This document shows, one piece after another, positions 56,379-64,000 of a stretch of DNA of 64,000 nucleotides. Position 1 is the stretch's first letter. Each line of letters starts with the position of its first letter. Below the pieces are notes generated by a model. The model made no database searches. It was given only the letters and a program-made list of their open reading frames with translations, and had not been told where the DNA came from. The position numbers and the translations under genes were made by a program. Source of the stretch: a bacterium (GTDB lineage: Bacteria; Patescibacteriota; Patescibacteriia; UBA1558; GWA2-36-10); the NCBI GenBank assembly GCA_018653315.1, contig JABIAL010000007.1, positions 11,348 to 75,347 of the forward strand. Reading direction: 5' to 3'.

Positions 56379-57164
56379 ATGGCCAATCAAATTTCTTTAC
56401 CAGACAAAATTAAAATCGAGGACAAAAAAGATAATCGCTATGAGGTGATTATTGAACCTTTTTATCCTGGATTTGGTGTAACCGTTGGCAATGCTTTGCG
56501 ACGTGTTTTGCTATCATCATTAGCTGGTGCTGCTGTTACTTCATTCAAAATTGATGGAGTACAACACGAATTTGATACTATCAATGGTGTCAAAGAAGAC
56601 GTAGTAGAAATTATGCTTAATTTGAAAAAATTGAGAATAAAACTTTTTTCTGATGAGCCAGTAAAATTACAGTTAAGCGCTAAAGGTGAAAAAGTTTTAA
56701 CAGCTGGTGATATTGCTAAAAATGCCGACGTAGAAGTAGCCAATACAGATTTAGTAATAGCTACTTTGACTGATAAAAGCAGCAATGTGAATATGGAAAT
56801 TACAGTTGAACAAGGCCTAGGCTATGTAACCGTAGAGCAACGTGAAAAAGAAAAAATGGAAATTGGTACTATTTTAGTAGATTCTAGTTTTTCTCCTGTT
56901 TTAAATGTTGGCTTTGATGTTTCTCATGTTCGAGTTGGTAAAATGACTAATTATGAAAAATTGACTTTTGATATATTAACAGATGGAACTGTTACAGCTG
57001 AGGAAGCCATTGTTAAAGCGTCTGCTACTCTAGCTAGTCATTTTGATTTATGGTCCGGAGACAGAACAATGCCAGAAGTAGCAGAAGAAGAAAATGAAGA
57101 CACATCTAAAACAGAAGACGAAGAAGATCCTTCGGCTAACGCTCAGGATGAAGATAAAAAGTAA
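56379..57164 (+). CDS. rpoA: RNA polymerase alpha subunit, NTD only (no recognisable alpha-CTD)
   Basis: GFGVTVGNALRRVLLSS, HEFDTINGVKED; ends in an acidic tail at 261 aa. Confidence 0.95.
   Translation: MANQISLPDKIKIEDKKDNRYEVIIEPFYPGFGVTVGNALRRVLLSSLAGAAVTSFKIDGVQHEFDTINGVKEDVVEIMLNLKKLRIKLFSDEPVKLQLSAKGEKVLTAGDIAKNADVEVANTDLVIATLTDKSSNVNMEITVEQGLGYVTVEQREKEKMEIGTILVDSSFSPVLNVGFDVSHVRVGKMTNYEKLTFDILTDGTVTAEEAIVKASATLASHFDLWSGDRTMPEVAEEENEDTSKTEDEEDPSANAQDEDKK
57126..57152 (+). repeat. REP-like palindrome inserted in frame in the rpoA tail (DPSANAQDE)
   Basis: gatccttcggctaacgctcaggatgaa. Confidence 0.85.
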
Positions 57165-57173
57165 GAAAAAATC

Positions 57174-57524
57174 ATGCGACATCGTAAAGTAACCAAAATA
57201 TTAGATAGAAAAAAAGCCCCTCGTAAAGCTATGTTGGAAAATTTAGCTACTTCTTTGATTTTATATGAAAAGATCAAGACAACAGAAGCTAAGGCTAAGG
57301 TCATGAGACCATTTGTAGAAAAGTTAATTACTAGAGGCAAGGTTAAAACTGTAAATAATAAACAACGATTGGCTAGAGTTTTGCCAGACAAAAAAGCAGT
57401 CCAGAAAGTTTTGGATGTTTTAGGACCACGTTATAAAGATAGAAACGGTGGTTATTGTCGTATTATTAAAATGGGTGTTCGTCAGGGTGATGGCGCTCCT
57501 ATGGCCCAAATAGAATTAGTATAA
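57174..57524 (+). CDS. rplQ: 50S ribosomal protein L17
   Basis: MRHRK, IKTTEAKAK, RNGGYCRI, RQGDGAPMA. Confidence 0.98.
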   Translation: MRHRKVTKILDRKKAPRKAMLENLATSLILYEKIKTTEAKAKVMRPFVEKLITRGKVKTVNNKQRLARVLPDKKAVQKVLDVLGPRYKDRNGGYCRIIKMGVRQGDGAPMAQIELV

Positions 57525-57528
57525 TTAT

Positions 57529-57876
57529 ATGGAAAGAACAACACACCAAATTGACGCAGACGGTAAAATTCTTGGTCGCTTAGCTTCACAGATTGCTGTT
57601 TTATTGCAAGGTAAAAATAAAGTTAGTTACCAAGCACATACAGATTGCGGTGATATCGTAGAAGTATCAAATATTTCTAAGTTTAAAGTTAGCGGTAAAA
57701 AATTAGAAGATAAAGTGTATTATCGTAATACTGGTTATCCAAGTGGTATTCGTACTACTAAATTATCTGATTTAATGGAAAATAATCCAGGTGAAGCGTT
57801 ACGTAAGACTATTTATAATATGTTACCAAAGAATAGATTACGAAATAATATGTTGAAAAGGTTAATTATCAAATAA
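57529..57876 (+). CDS. rplM: 50S ribosomal protein L13 (short form)
   Basis: IDADGKILGRLAS, GKNK, MLPKNRL. Confidence 0.96.
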   Translation: MERTTHQIDADGKILGRLASQIAVLLQGKNKVSYQAHTDCGDIVEVSNISKFKVSGKKLEDKVYYRNTGYPSGIRTTKLSDLMENNPGEALRKTIYNMLPKNRLRNNMLKRLIIK

Positions 57877-57880
57877 ACTC

Positions 57881-58294
57881 ATGATTAAAGACAAAGACAA
57901 TAAAGATTATATTCCAGCTGTTGGTAGAAGAAAGAGAGCAATTGCTCGCGTACGCCTTTTGAAAAAAACTGTCAAAGGTATTGAGATTACTATCAATGGT
58001 AAAGATTATAAAGAATACTTTCCTTACTTTGAATGGCAAGAAGCTGTTGTAGCCCCTATAAAGGTGGCTGGACGTGAAAATATTGCTTTTTCGGTCAGAG
58101 TATTAGGTGGCGGCCAAAAAGGTCAAGCTGAAGGAGTTAGACATGGTATTGCTCGTGCTTTACTTGCTTCTGATGAGGAACTAAAACCAAATCTAAAGAA
58201 AGAAGGTTTCTTGACTCGTGACTCTCGAAGAAAAGAAAGAAAGAAACCGGGTTTGAAAAAAGCTCGTCGTGCACCACAGTGGAGCAAGCGGTAA
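57881..58294 (+). CDS. rpsI: 30S ribosomal protein S9
   Basis: GRRKRAIARV, LTRDSRRKERKKPGLKKARRAPQWSKR. Confidence 0.98.
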   Translation: MIKDKDNKDYIPAVGRRKRAIARVRLLKKTVKGIEITINGKDYKEYFPYFEWQEAVVAPIKVAGRENIAFSVRVLGGGQKGQAEGVRHGIARALLASDEELKPNLKKEGFLTRDSRRKERKKPGLKKARRAPQWSKR

Positions 58295-58395
58295 GCTTGT
58301 GACACGCTGTCTTCGATTCCGAGGTCGCTCAGACTCGAGGAGAGCAAGGCCGAATGTATGGTCAAAACGTTAAAATTATATCATTTCTACTATAC

Positions 58396-58424
58396 AAAAA
58401 ACTCGCTTTTATAGCGAGTTTTTT
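58396..58424 (+). terminator. Terminator of the ribosomal protein operon, overlapping the -35 of the next promoter (TTGACA 58423, TAAGAT 58446)
   Basis: aaaaaactcgct-tttat-agcgagtttttt. Confidence 0.8.
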
Positions 58425-58488
58425 GACATTTAGAGTATTTAGTATTAAGATAATAAAAAAGTTCATACAACATAGCCTGGAGGGCACG

Positions 58489-58950
58489 ATGAGTTTAAAA
58501 ATTGGTGATATCGCGACTGTTATCTCAGAAGATAATCCTTTTGAAAGAGCTCAAGGCAAGATAGTTAGCATCAACGGAACAGAGGTGGAGTTCGAAATTG
58601 GTCCTGCAAAGCGTTTTTTATTGGATTATGAAATGCGGAGAGATGGTGATTTCACGGTTACTGTTGGTCTAGCTTCTTTGCGTAAAGATGAAGAATGGTC
58701 TTTGGATAACAGACTGAGCCATGCTTTTGGTAGCACCAAGTTTTTGCAGGTTTATACACTAACAGATGCTTTGGATCCAGAAAAACCATGCATGCGAGCT
58801 AATTGCAACGGCAAGCGTCAACAACGAATCATGGTTAATGTCTGGGGCAGTGCACTTGAATACGATGTTTGTGATACTTGTGCAGCACAGTTTCACGGGA
58901 AGTGGCTGGAGGAATTTCCAGTCAGACAAACAGACAAAAATCTGGCTTAA
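58489..58950 (+). CDS. Orphan protein, KOW/SH3-like N-terminus and Cys-rich C-terminus
   Basis: MSLKIGDIATVI; CMRANC...CDTC; GGAGG SD; terminator aagcggtga-aatc-tcaccgctttt at 58961-58984. Confidence 0.7.
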   Translation: MSLKIGDIATVISEDNPFERAQGKIVSINGTEVEFEIGPAKRFLLDYEMRRDGDFTVTVGLASLRKDEEWSLDNRLSHAFGSTKFLQVYTLTDALDPEKPCMRANCNGKRQQRIMVNVWGSALEYDVCDTCAAQFHGKWLEEFPVRQTDKNLA

Positions 58951-59035
58951 TTTGAGCTGTAAGCGGTGAAATCTCACCGCTTTTATTTTTCCCAGTTTTA
59001 CTAGCTTTTTTGCCTAATTTTGCTATACTTATTTC

Positions 59036-60475
59036 ATGTTAACTACCCGGAAAATCACTGCAAACTCCTCATTTTTCTTGACTGCTTTAGTACTTCAAAA
59101 GGTGCTTTCTTTTGTATACTTCACTATTTTGGCTCGTACTTTAGGCGCTGAATCTATCGGACAGTACTTTTTTGCTATCTCCTTTGCTACTATGTTTGCC
59201 GTTTTGATGGATTTTGGCTTGTCACCAGTGTTGACTCGAGAAGTAGCCAAAGATGATAGCGATAGTAAATTATGGTTCAAGCAAATATTTTCTCTTAAAC
59301 TAATAGCTACTCTGGCAGCTGTTGTTTTTTTATTAGTGCTAAATACTTTTGTTTTTGCTGGTGATGCTGTACGAGAGTTAATATATTTGACGACCATGAT
59401 TGTCGTGATCGATAGCTTCACTTTATTGTTCTATGCTTTTATTCGTGGCCAACAAAATCTAAAATTTGAAGCCCGTGGTACAATTATTTTCCAACTTATT
59501 GTCATGACCATTGGCTTAACTTTGTTGCAGTTCACTAATAATTTATTTTTAATTATTGGCGTTTTATTTATAGCCAGTTTATTTAATTTGATTTATTCTG
59601 GATTAGTTTTGTATTTTAAATATAAAGTCAAACCATTTTTTATTTGGAATAGAGGATTGATCAAAAAAATACTTTGGATCGCTTGGCCTTTCGCCGCGGC
59701 TGCTATTTTTGCTAAAGTTTATGCCTATATCGATACATTTTTAATTAAGTTATTTTTAGACGATGCTTCAGTTGGTTTTTATAGTGTCGCTTATAAAATA
59801 ACTTTTGCTTGGCAGTTTATTCCCTTGGCTTTCGTAGCTGCTTTGTATCCAGCTTTTTCTCATTTATTTAAACACAATAGAGAAGAATTAAAAAAAGTAT
59901 TTAATAAAGGTTTTGCTTATTTAGGATTTATTGCTTTACCGCTTAGTGTCGGCATTATTGTCTTGGCACCAGAGATCATTAACCAAGTTTATACTACAGA
60001 ATTTTCAGCTGCTATTTTACCTTTGCAAGTTTTGATCGCTTCAATTGCCTTTTTGTTTATGAACTTTGCTTTATCTAGCATGCTTAACGCTTGTGATAAG
60101 CAACTAGTAAATACCAGAAATTTGGGTATTACCATGATTTTAAATATAATATTTAATATAATATTTATTCAATATTGGGGTGTTTGGGGTGCAGCGCTAG
60201 CTTCTTCTATTAGTACCTTGATATTATTTATCTTAAATTTAAAAGCAGCTAATAGTTTAATAAAAATAAATTTCCAAGTTATTAAATCTTTGTTCATTGC
60301 TTTATTAGCTAGCATATTGATGGCTTATGTAGTTATTTATTTCAAAGATATTATTTGGTGGCCACTTACTATCTTGCTTGGCGGAGTAGTATATTTTGCT
60401 ATTATGTTTGTCACCAAAACATTAAGCTACAAAGAAATTATTTATTTAAAAAATTCTTTATTTCATAAAGAATAA
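59036..60475 (+). CDS. Wzx/MOP-family polysaccharide flippase
   Basis: ARTLGAESIGQY, DFGLS, VGFYSVAYK; multi-TM. Confidence 0.92.
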   Translation: MLTTRKITANSSFFLTALVLQKVLSFVYFTILARTLGAESIGQYFFAISFATMFAVLMDFGLSPVLTREVAKDDSDSKLWFKQIFSLKLIATLAAVVFLLVLNTFVFAGDAVRELIYLTTMIVVIDSFTLLFYAFIRGQQNLKFEARGTIIFQLIVMTIGLTLLQFTNNLFLIIGVLFIASLFNLIYSGLVLYFKYKVKPFFIWNRGLIKKILWIAWPFAAAAIFAKVYAYIDTFLIKLFLDDASVGFYSVAYKITFAWQFIPLAFVAALYPAFSHLFKHNREELKKVFNKGFAYLGFIALPLSVGIIVLAPEIINQVYTTEFSAAILPLQVLIASIAFLFMNFALSSMLNACDKQLVNTRNLGITMILNIIFNIIFIQYWGVWGAALASSISTLILFILNLKAANSLIKINFQVIKSLFIALLASILMAYVVIYFKDIIWWPLTILLGGVVYFAIMFVTKTLSYKEIIYLKNSLFHKE

Positions 60476-60484
60476 ATTATAGTA

Positions 60485-61579
60485 ATGAAAAAAACTTTGG
60501 TACTTACTCATGAATATTTTCCTTTTCCTGGCGGCGTTGCTCGTTATGTTTATAATTTATTTAAACATTTACCGCAAGATAAATATTTAGTTATTACTGA
60601 TAATGATCAAGTAAAAACTAAAGATAATATTTTAAATTTGCAATTAACAAGTAGTTTTTTGAAGCCAACTTGGTTGATGAGTTTTTTTAAGATACAAAAG
60701 ATCATCAAGGAAAATAAAATAGAACAAATTTTTACCCCTAATATTTTACCTTTTGGTAGTTTGAGTTATTTAATGTTTAAATTATATAAAATTCCCTATG
60801 TTATTTCTCTACATGGTTTAGATGTAAATCTAGCTTTAAAAAATAAATCTAGCTTAACTAAGAAAATTCTAGCTAATGCAAAATTAATTATTACTAATAG
60901 CCAAAATACTGCAAATTTAATTAAAGATTTAAATTTAGAAAAAAATAAAATAAAAGTGCTTTATCCCAGTTTTGATTTAGAAACTCATATTGATCAAGAT
61001 AAATTATTAAATTTAGAAAAAGAATTAAATATCACAGATGATAATTTGGTTTTATTAACAGTTGGCCGTCTAAATAAGCGAAAAGCTCATGATTTAGTTA
61101 TAGAAGCTATTGTTGAAAATAAAGATTTGCCTCTAAAGTATTTAATTGTAGGAGAAGGAGAAGAAAAAGAAAATCTTATAACATTAGTAAAAGAGCACGG
61201 AATAGAAGATAAGATTATCTGGGCTGGTCAGGTTGCAGATTCGGAGCTGATATACTATTATAAATTAGCTAACATCTTTGTTACTCCTCACCGAATGACC
61301 AATGTAGATGTCGAGGGATTTGGCTTGGTTTTCCTAGAAGCAGCTAATTGTCAGCTACCAATCATTGCCGGAAATAGCGGAGGAGTAAAAGAAATATTAA
61401 CTAATGAAGAAAATGCCTTATTAGTTGAAGCTGATAATTTAAATGAATTATCTAAAGCTATTAGATTATTTGCTAGTGATTGTGAACTTAGTTGGAAATT
61501 AGCTCAAAATGCTTATAAACGTAGTCAGGAGTTTCCATCTGCTAAAGAACAAAGTAAAAGATTAGAAGGGTGGTTATAA
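60485..61579 (+). CDS. GT4 glycosyltransferase
   Basis: PGGVARY, VEGFGLVFLEAA. Confidence 0.92.
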   Translation: MKKTLVLTHEYFPFPGGVARYVYNLFKHLPQDKYLVITDNDQVKTKDNILNLQLTSSFLKPTWLMSFFKIQKIIKENKIEQIFTPNILPFGSLSYLMFKLYKIPYVISLHGLDVNLALKNKSSLTKKILANAKLIITNSQNTANLIKDLNLEKNKIKVLYPSFDLETHIDQDKLLNLEKELNITDDNLVLLTVGRLNKRKAHDLVIEAIVENKDLPLKYLIVGEGEEKENLITLVKEHGIEDKIIWAGQVADSELIYYYKLANIFVTPHRMTNVDVEGFGLVFLEAANCQLPIIAGNSGGVKEILTNEENALLVEADNLNELSKAIRLFASDCELSWKLAQNAYKRSQEFPSAKEQSKRLEGWL

Positions 61580-61588
61580 CATAAAAAT

Positions 61589-62758
61589 ATGAAAAAATTT
61601 GATGTCATCATGTTTAATATGTCTAGTTTCTCTGAATGGGAAGAGGGCGTATCAAATAGGAATTATCATGTGTTACAACAATTGTTGCAAAATGATCAGA
61701 TAGGTAAAATTTTAGCTGTTGATTATTTGCCTTTAAATTTTAAGAGGGCACTACGTAATTATAAAGAGAATATTGCCTTGAATCTTAAAGACGCCAAAGT
61801 AGTTAATAGAAAATGGACTAGCAAGGTAACTAAGGTGTCAGATAAATTGTATGTTTATTCTGGAGTTAATTTTTGTTTAAGGCCAAATAAAACTTTGAAT
61901 AATATAAAAAAAGTTGCCTTAGATCTTAATTTTGGCGATGTAGTAGTTTGGTCATTTTTTCCTTTTGTAGCTCCTTATTTAAATAATTTAGGTCAGAAAT
62001 TAACCGTTTTTGAAGCAGTAGATAATTGGTTGAATCATTCATCATATCAAAAATATCAACAACGATTAACTGAATCTTATAATATTTTTAAAAACCAAGC
62101 TGATCTTATTTTTACGGTTTCACAGAAGTTAGTTCATTTTTTTGATGATCAGCCAAATGTTTATTGGATACCAAATGGCGTGGACTACAAACATTATAAT
62201 CAAAAGTTTGCTTTGGTTAACCGAGACATTGCAGATATACCTAAGCCGATAATTGGTTATATTGGTGTTATTCAAGATAGAGTTGATTTAAAATTAATTG
62301 AACACTTGGCTCGTGCGAATCCCAAAAAATCTATTGTTTTAGTTGGTCCTGTTTGGAGCGAGCAAGATGAATTAAAAAAAGCGGTGAATAATTTAAAAAA
62401 TATTTATTTTTTGGGTTACAAATCGTATAATGAGGCACCGATGTATATTCAACAATTTGATATCGGAATTATCCCTCATCAACAGGCAGAATTCAGCGCT
62501 AGTACAAATCCAATGAAAATGTATGAATATTTAGCTTGTGGTAAGCCAGTGGTTGCTACTCAGAATTCAGGTACAGAAAATATTGAAGATATGATCGCAG
62601 TGGCTAATAACAGTGAAGATTTTAATGATAAATTAAATGATTTATTAAAATCTGATAATGACGATAAAAAGCAAGAGCGACAGGAATTCGTTAAAAAACA
62701 TTCTTGGATTAGTGCTGCAGATAAAATGATGGATTTGATTAATAAAAAGTTAAGCTAG
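61589..62758 (+). CDS. GT-B glycosyltransferase (TuaH-like)
   Basis: IPNGVDY, IGYIG, NPMKMYEYLACGKPVV. Confidence 0.9.
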   Translation: MKKFDVIMFNMSSFSEWEEGVSNRNYHVLQQLLQNDQIGKILAVDYLPLNFKRALRNYKENIALNLKDAKVVNRKWTSKVTKVSDKLYVYSGVNFCLRPNKTLNNIKKVALDLNFGDVVVWSFFPFVAPYLNNLGQKLTVFEAVDNWLNHSSYQKYQQRLTESYNIFKNQADLIFTVSQKLVHFFDDQPNVYWIPNGVDYKHYNQKFALVNRDIADIPKPIIGYIGVIQDRVDLKLIEHLARANPKKSIVLVGPVWSEQDELKKAVNNLKNIYFLGYKSYNEAPMYIQQFDIGIIPHQQAEFSASTNPMKMYEYLACGKPVVATQNSGTENIEDMIAVANNSEDFNDKLNDLLKSDNDDKKQERQEFVKKHSWISAADKMMDLINKKLS

Positions 62759-62759
62759 C

Positions 62760-63632
62760 ATGGACAAGATTGATATTTCGATTGTTATTGTTAATTGGAA
62801 GGTTAGACCGCTTTTAGAAAAATGTCTGGATTCTATTATTGCTGATGTAAAAGATTTTGCAGCAGAGATTTTTGTGGTCGATAATGATTCTCGTGATAAC
62901 ACCTCAGAAATGGTTATGGCCAAATATCCACAAGTGACGATGATTGCTTTGTCTAGTAATAAAGGTTTTGCTACAGCTAATAATATTGCTTTAGCGCAAG
63001 CACGAGGTAAGTATATGTTTTTGTTGAATCCTGATACAGAGGTTGAGTCTGGATTTTTTAAAACTATTATCAATTACTTGGAACTACACACAGAGGTTGG
63101 TATTTTGGGTCCACAAATTTTAAATTCTGATCATAGTTTACAGCCATCAATTCGTCGTTTTCCGAAATTATTTTCACAGCTTTTTGTGTTATTGAAAATG
63201 ACTAATTTATATCCTAATAATAGGATATTTAAACATTATTTTGCTCAAGATCTTAATTATAATCAAGAACAAGACGTTGAACAGATTATGGGTGCGGCGA
63301 TGATTATTACTCGTTCAGCTTTTGAAAAAATAGGTTTTTTAGATGAGAAATTTTTTGTTTGGTTTGAAGAGGTAGATTATTGTAAACGAGCTAAAAAGAA
63401 GAATATTATTATTCGCTATTTGCCAACAGCTCATATTCTTCATCACAGCGGTACTAGTTTCGCTAAACAGAATATGTTACGTAAGCAATTATTTTTTGAT
63501 TTTAGTTTATTGCGTTATTTTATGAAACATCGACCCATTTGGGAAGTTGCTATTATAATTATTGTTATTCCTTTTAATTTATTTTTGACAGCTCTTTATG
63601 CTTGGGCGTTGAAGTATAAGAAAAAATCTTAA
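62760..63632 (+). CDS. GT2 glycosyltransferase (rhamnosyltransferase-like)
   Basis: VDNDSRD, LLNPDT, FEEVDYC. Confidence 0.9.
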   Translation: MDKIDISIVIVNWKVRPLLEKCLDSIIADVKDFAAEIFVVDNDSRDNTSEMVMAKYPQVTMIALSSNKGFATANNIALAQARGKYMFLLNPDTEVESGFFKTIINYLELHTEVGILGPQILNSDHSLQPSIRRFPKLFSQLFVLLKMTNLYPNNRIFKHYFAQDLNYNQEQDVEQIMGAAMIITRSAFEKIGFLDEKFFVWFEEVDYCKRAKKKNIIIRYLPTAHILHHSGTSFAKQNMLRKQLFFDFSLLRYFMKHRPIWEVAIIIIVIPFNLFLTALYAWALKYKKKS

Positions 63633-64000
63633 TGACTAACAGACCAAAATTAACAATTAGCCTACTGACTTGGAATGGCGCACATTATCTCCCGTTGTTA
63701 CTTAAAAGTTTAACAGAGCAAACTTTTCAGGATTGGGAATTATTAGTATTGGACAATGCATCTGACGATGAATCAATAGCAACTATCAAAGAACATTATC
63801 CGCCAGCTAAAGTTATTCAACAAAAAATGAATTTAGGTTTTGCTAAAGGACATAATTTAATTATCAATTGGTCAAAGTCGGATTATATATTATTCTTAAA
63901 TCAGGATTTGATGTTGGCACCAAATTATTTAGAGGATGCTATAGCTTTTCTTGAAAAGAATCCCAATGTCGCCAGCGTCTCTGGCAAGCTTTTATACTGG
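63632..64000 (+). CDS. GT2 glycosyltransferase, 3'-partial (runs off window end)
   Basis: MTNRPKLTISLLTWNG...LDNASDD...GFAKGHN...LNQD; TAATG overlap with the previous stop. Confidence 0.88.
   Translation, partial: MTNRPKLTISLLTWNGAHYLPLLLKSLTEQTFQDWELLVLDNASDDESIATIKEHYPPAKVIQQKMNLGFAKGHNLIINWSKSDYILFLNQDLMLAPNYLEDAIAFLEKNPNVASVSGKLLYW

Noticed and set aside
54452-58294. alpha operon detached from secY and joined to rplM-rpsI; secE absent after tRNA-Trp
   Set aside because: Ordinary gene-order variation; the missing genes are probably elsewhere in the genome.
726-63073. Many antisense or alternate-frame ORFs in the track (e.g. 726-953, 1898-2149, 3380-3781, 6029-6382, 7012-7287, 9195-9563, 14643-15053, 56462-56785, 62750-63073)
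   Set aside because: They overlap well-supported genes and lack motifs or their own expression signals; treated as shadow ORFs.
1-64000. CRISPR array, cas genes, rRNA, transposase, reverse transcriptase/DGR
   Set aside because: No regularly spaced repeat-spacer run and no such protein motifs seen; the differences between the CDPS-like paralogs are spread out and not adenine-specific.

Overview
AT-rich bacterial chromosome segment, standard genetic code (tRNA-Trp anticodon CCA). Gene content and the lack of Shine-Dalgarno motifs on core genes fit a Patescibacteria/CPR (Parcubacteria-like) genome; this taxonomy is an inference. Core content: grpE-hsp20-hyp-dnaK-dnaJ; tRNA-Thr-rpmG-tRNA-Trp; typA-rlmN; trmB; SAM-I riboswitch-metK; hup; an OLD-family nuclease; a long glycosyltransferase/rfbBA surface-glycan block; a dcw block (mraY-murD-ftsW-pilin-murG-murC-murB); infA-rpmJ-rpsM-rpsK-rpsD-rpoA-rplQ-rplM-rpsI; and a flippase/GT block running off the end. 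Most interesting: (1) an ~8.8 kb accessory array between dnaJ and tRNA-Thr built of three modules, each starting with a near-identical 31-bp promoter and facing self-contained orphan cassettes on the minus strand (TTGACA-17-bp promoter, often a boxA-like leader, SD, own terminator), with no recombinase in view; similar single cassettes lie at 29 kb, 54 kb and 58.5 kb; (2) two paralogous cyclodipeptide-synthase-like proteins in that array plus a truncated third copy ending at a promoter microhomology; (3) REP-like palindromes inserted in-frame into unrelated proteins (RpoA tail, a Zn-ribbon protein, DnaK tail) and into a tRNA fragment; (4) smaller oddities such as RpoA without a CTD, a 16-aa Cys-rich peptide, an orphan encapsulated-ferritin-like protein and a PilB paralog with dead ATPase motifs. 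All protein family calls come from motif recognition by eye; no database searches were run.
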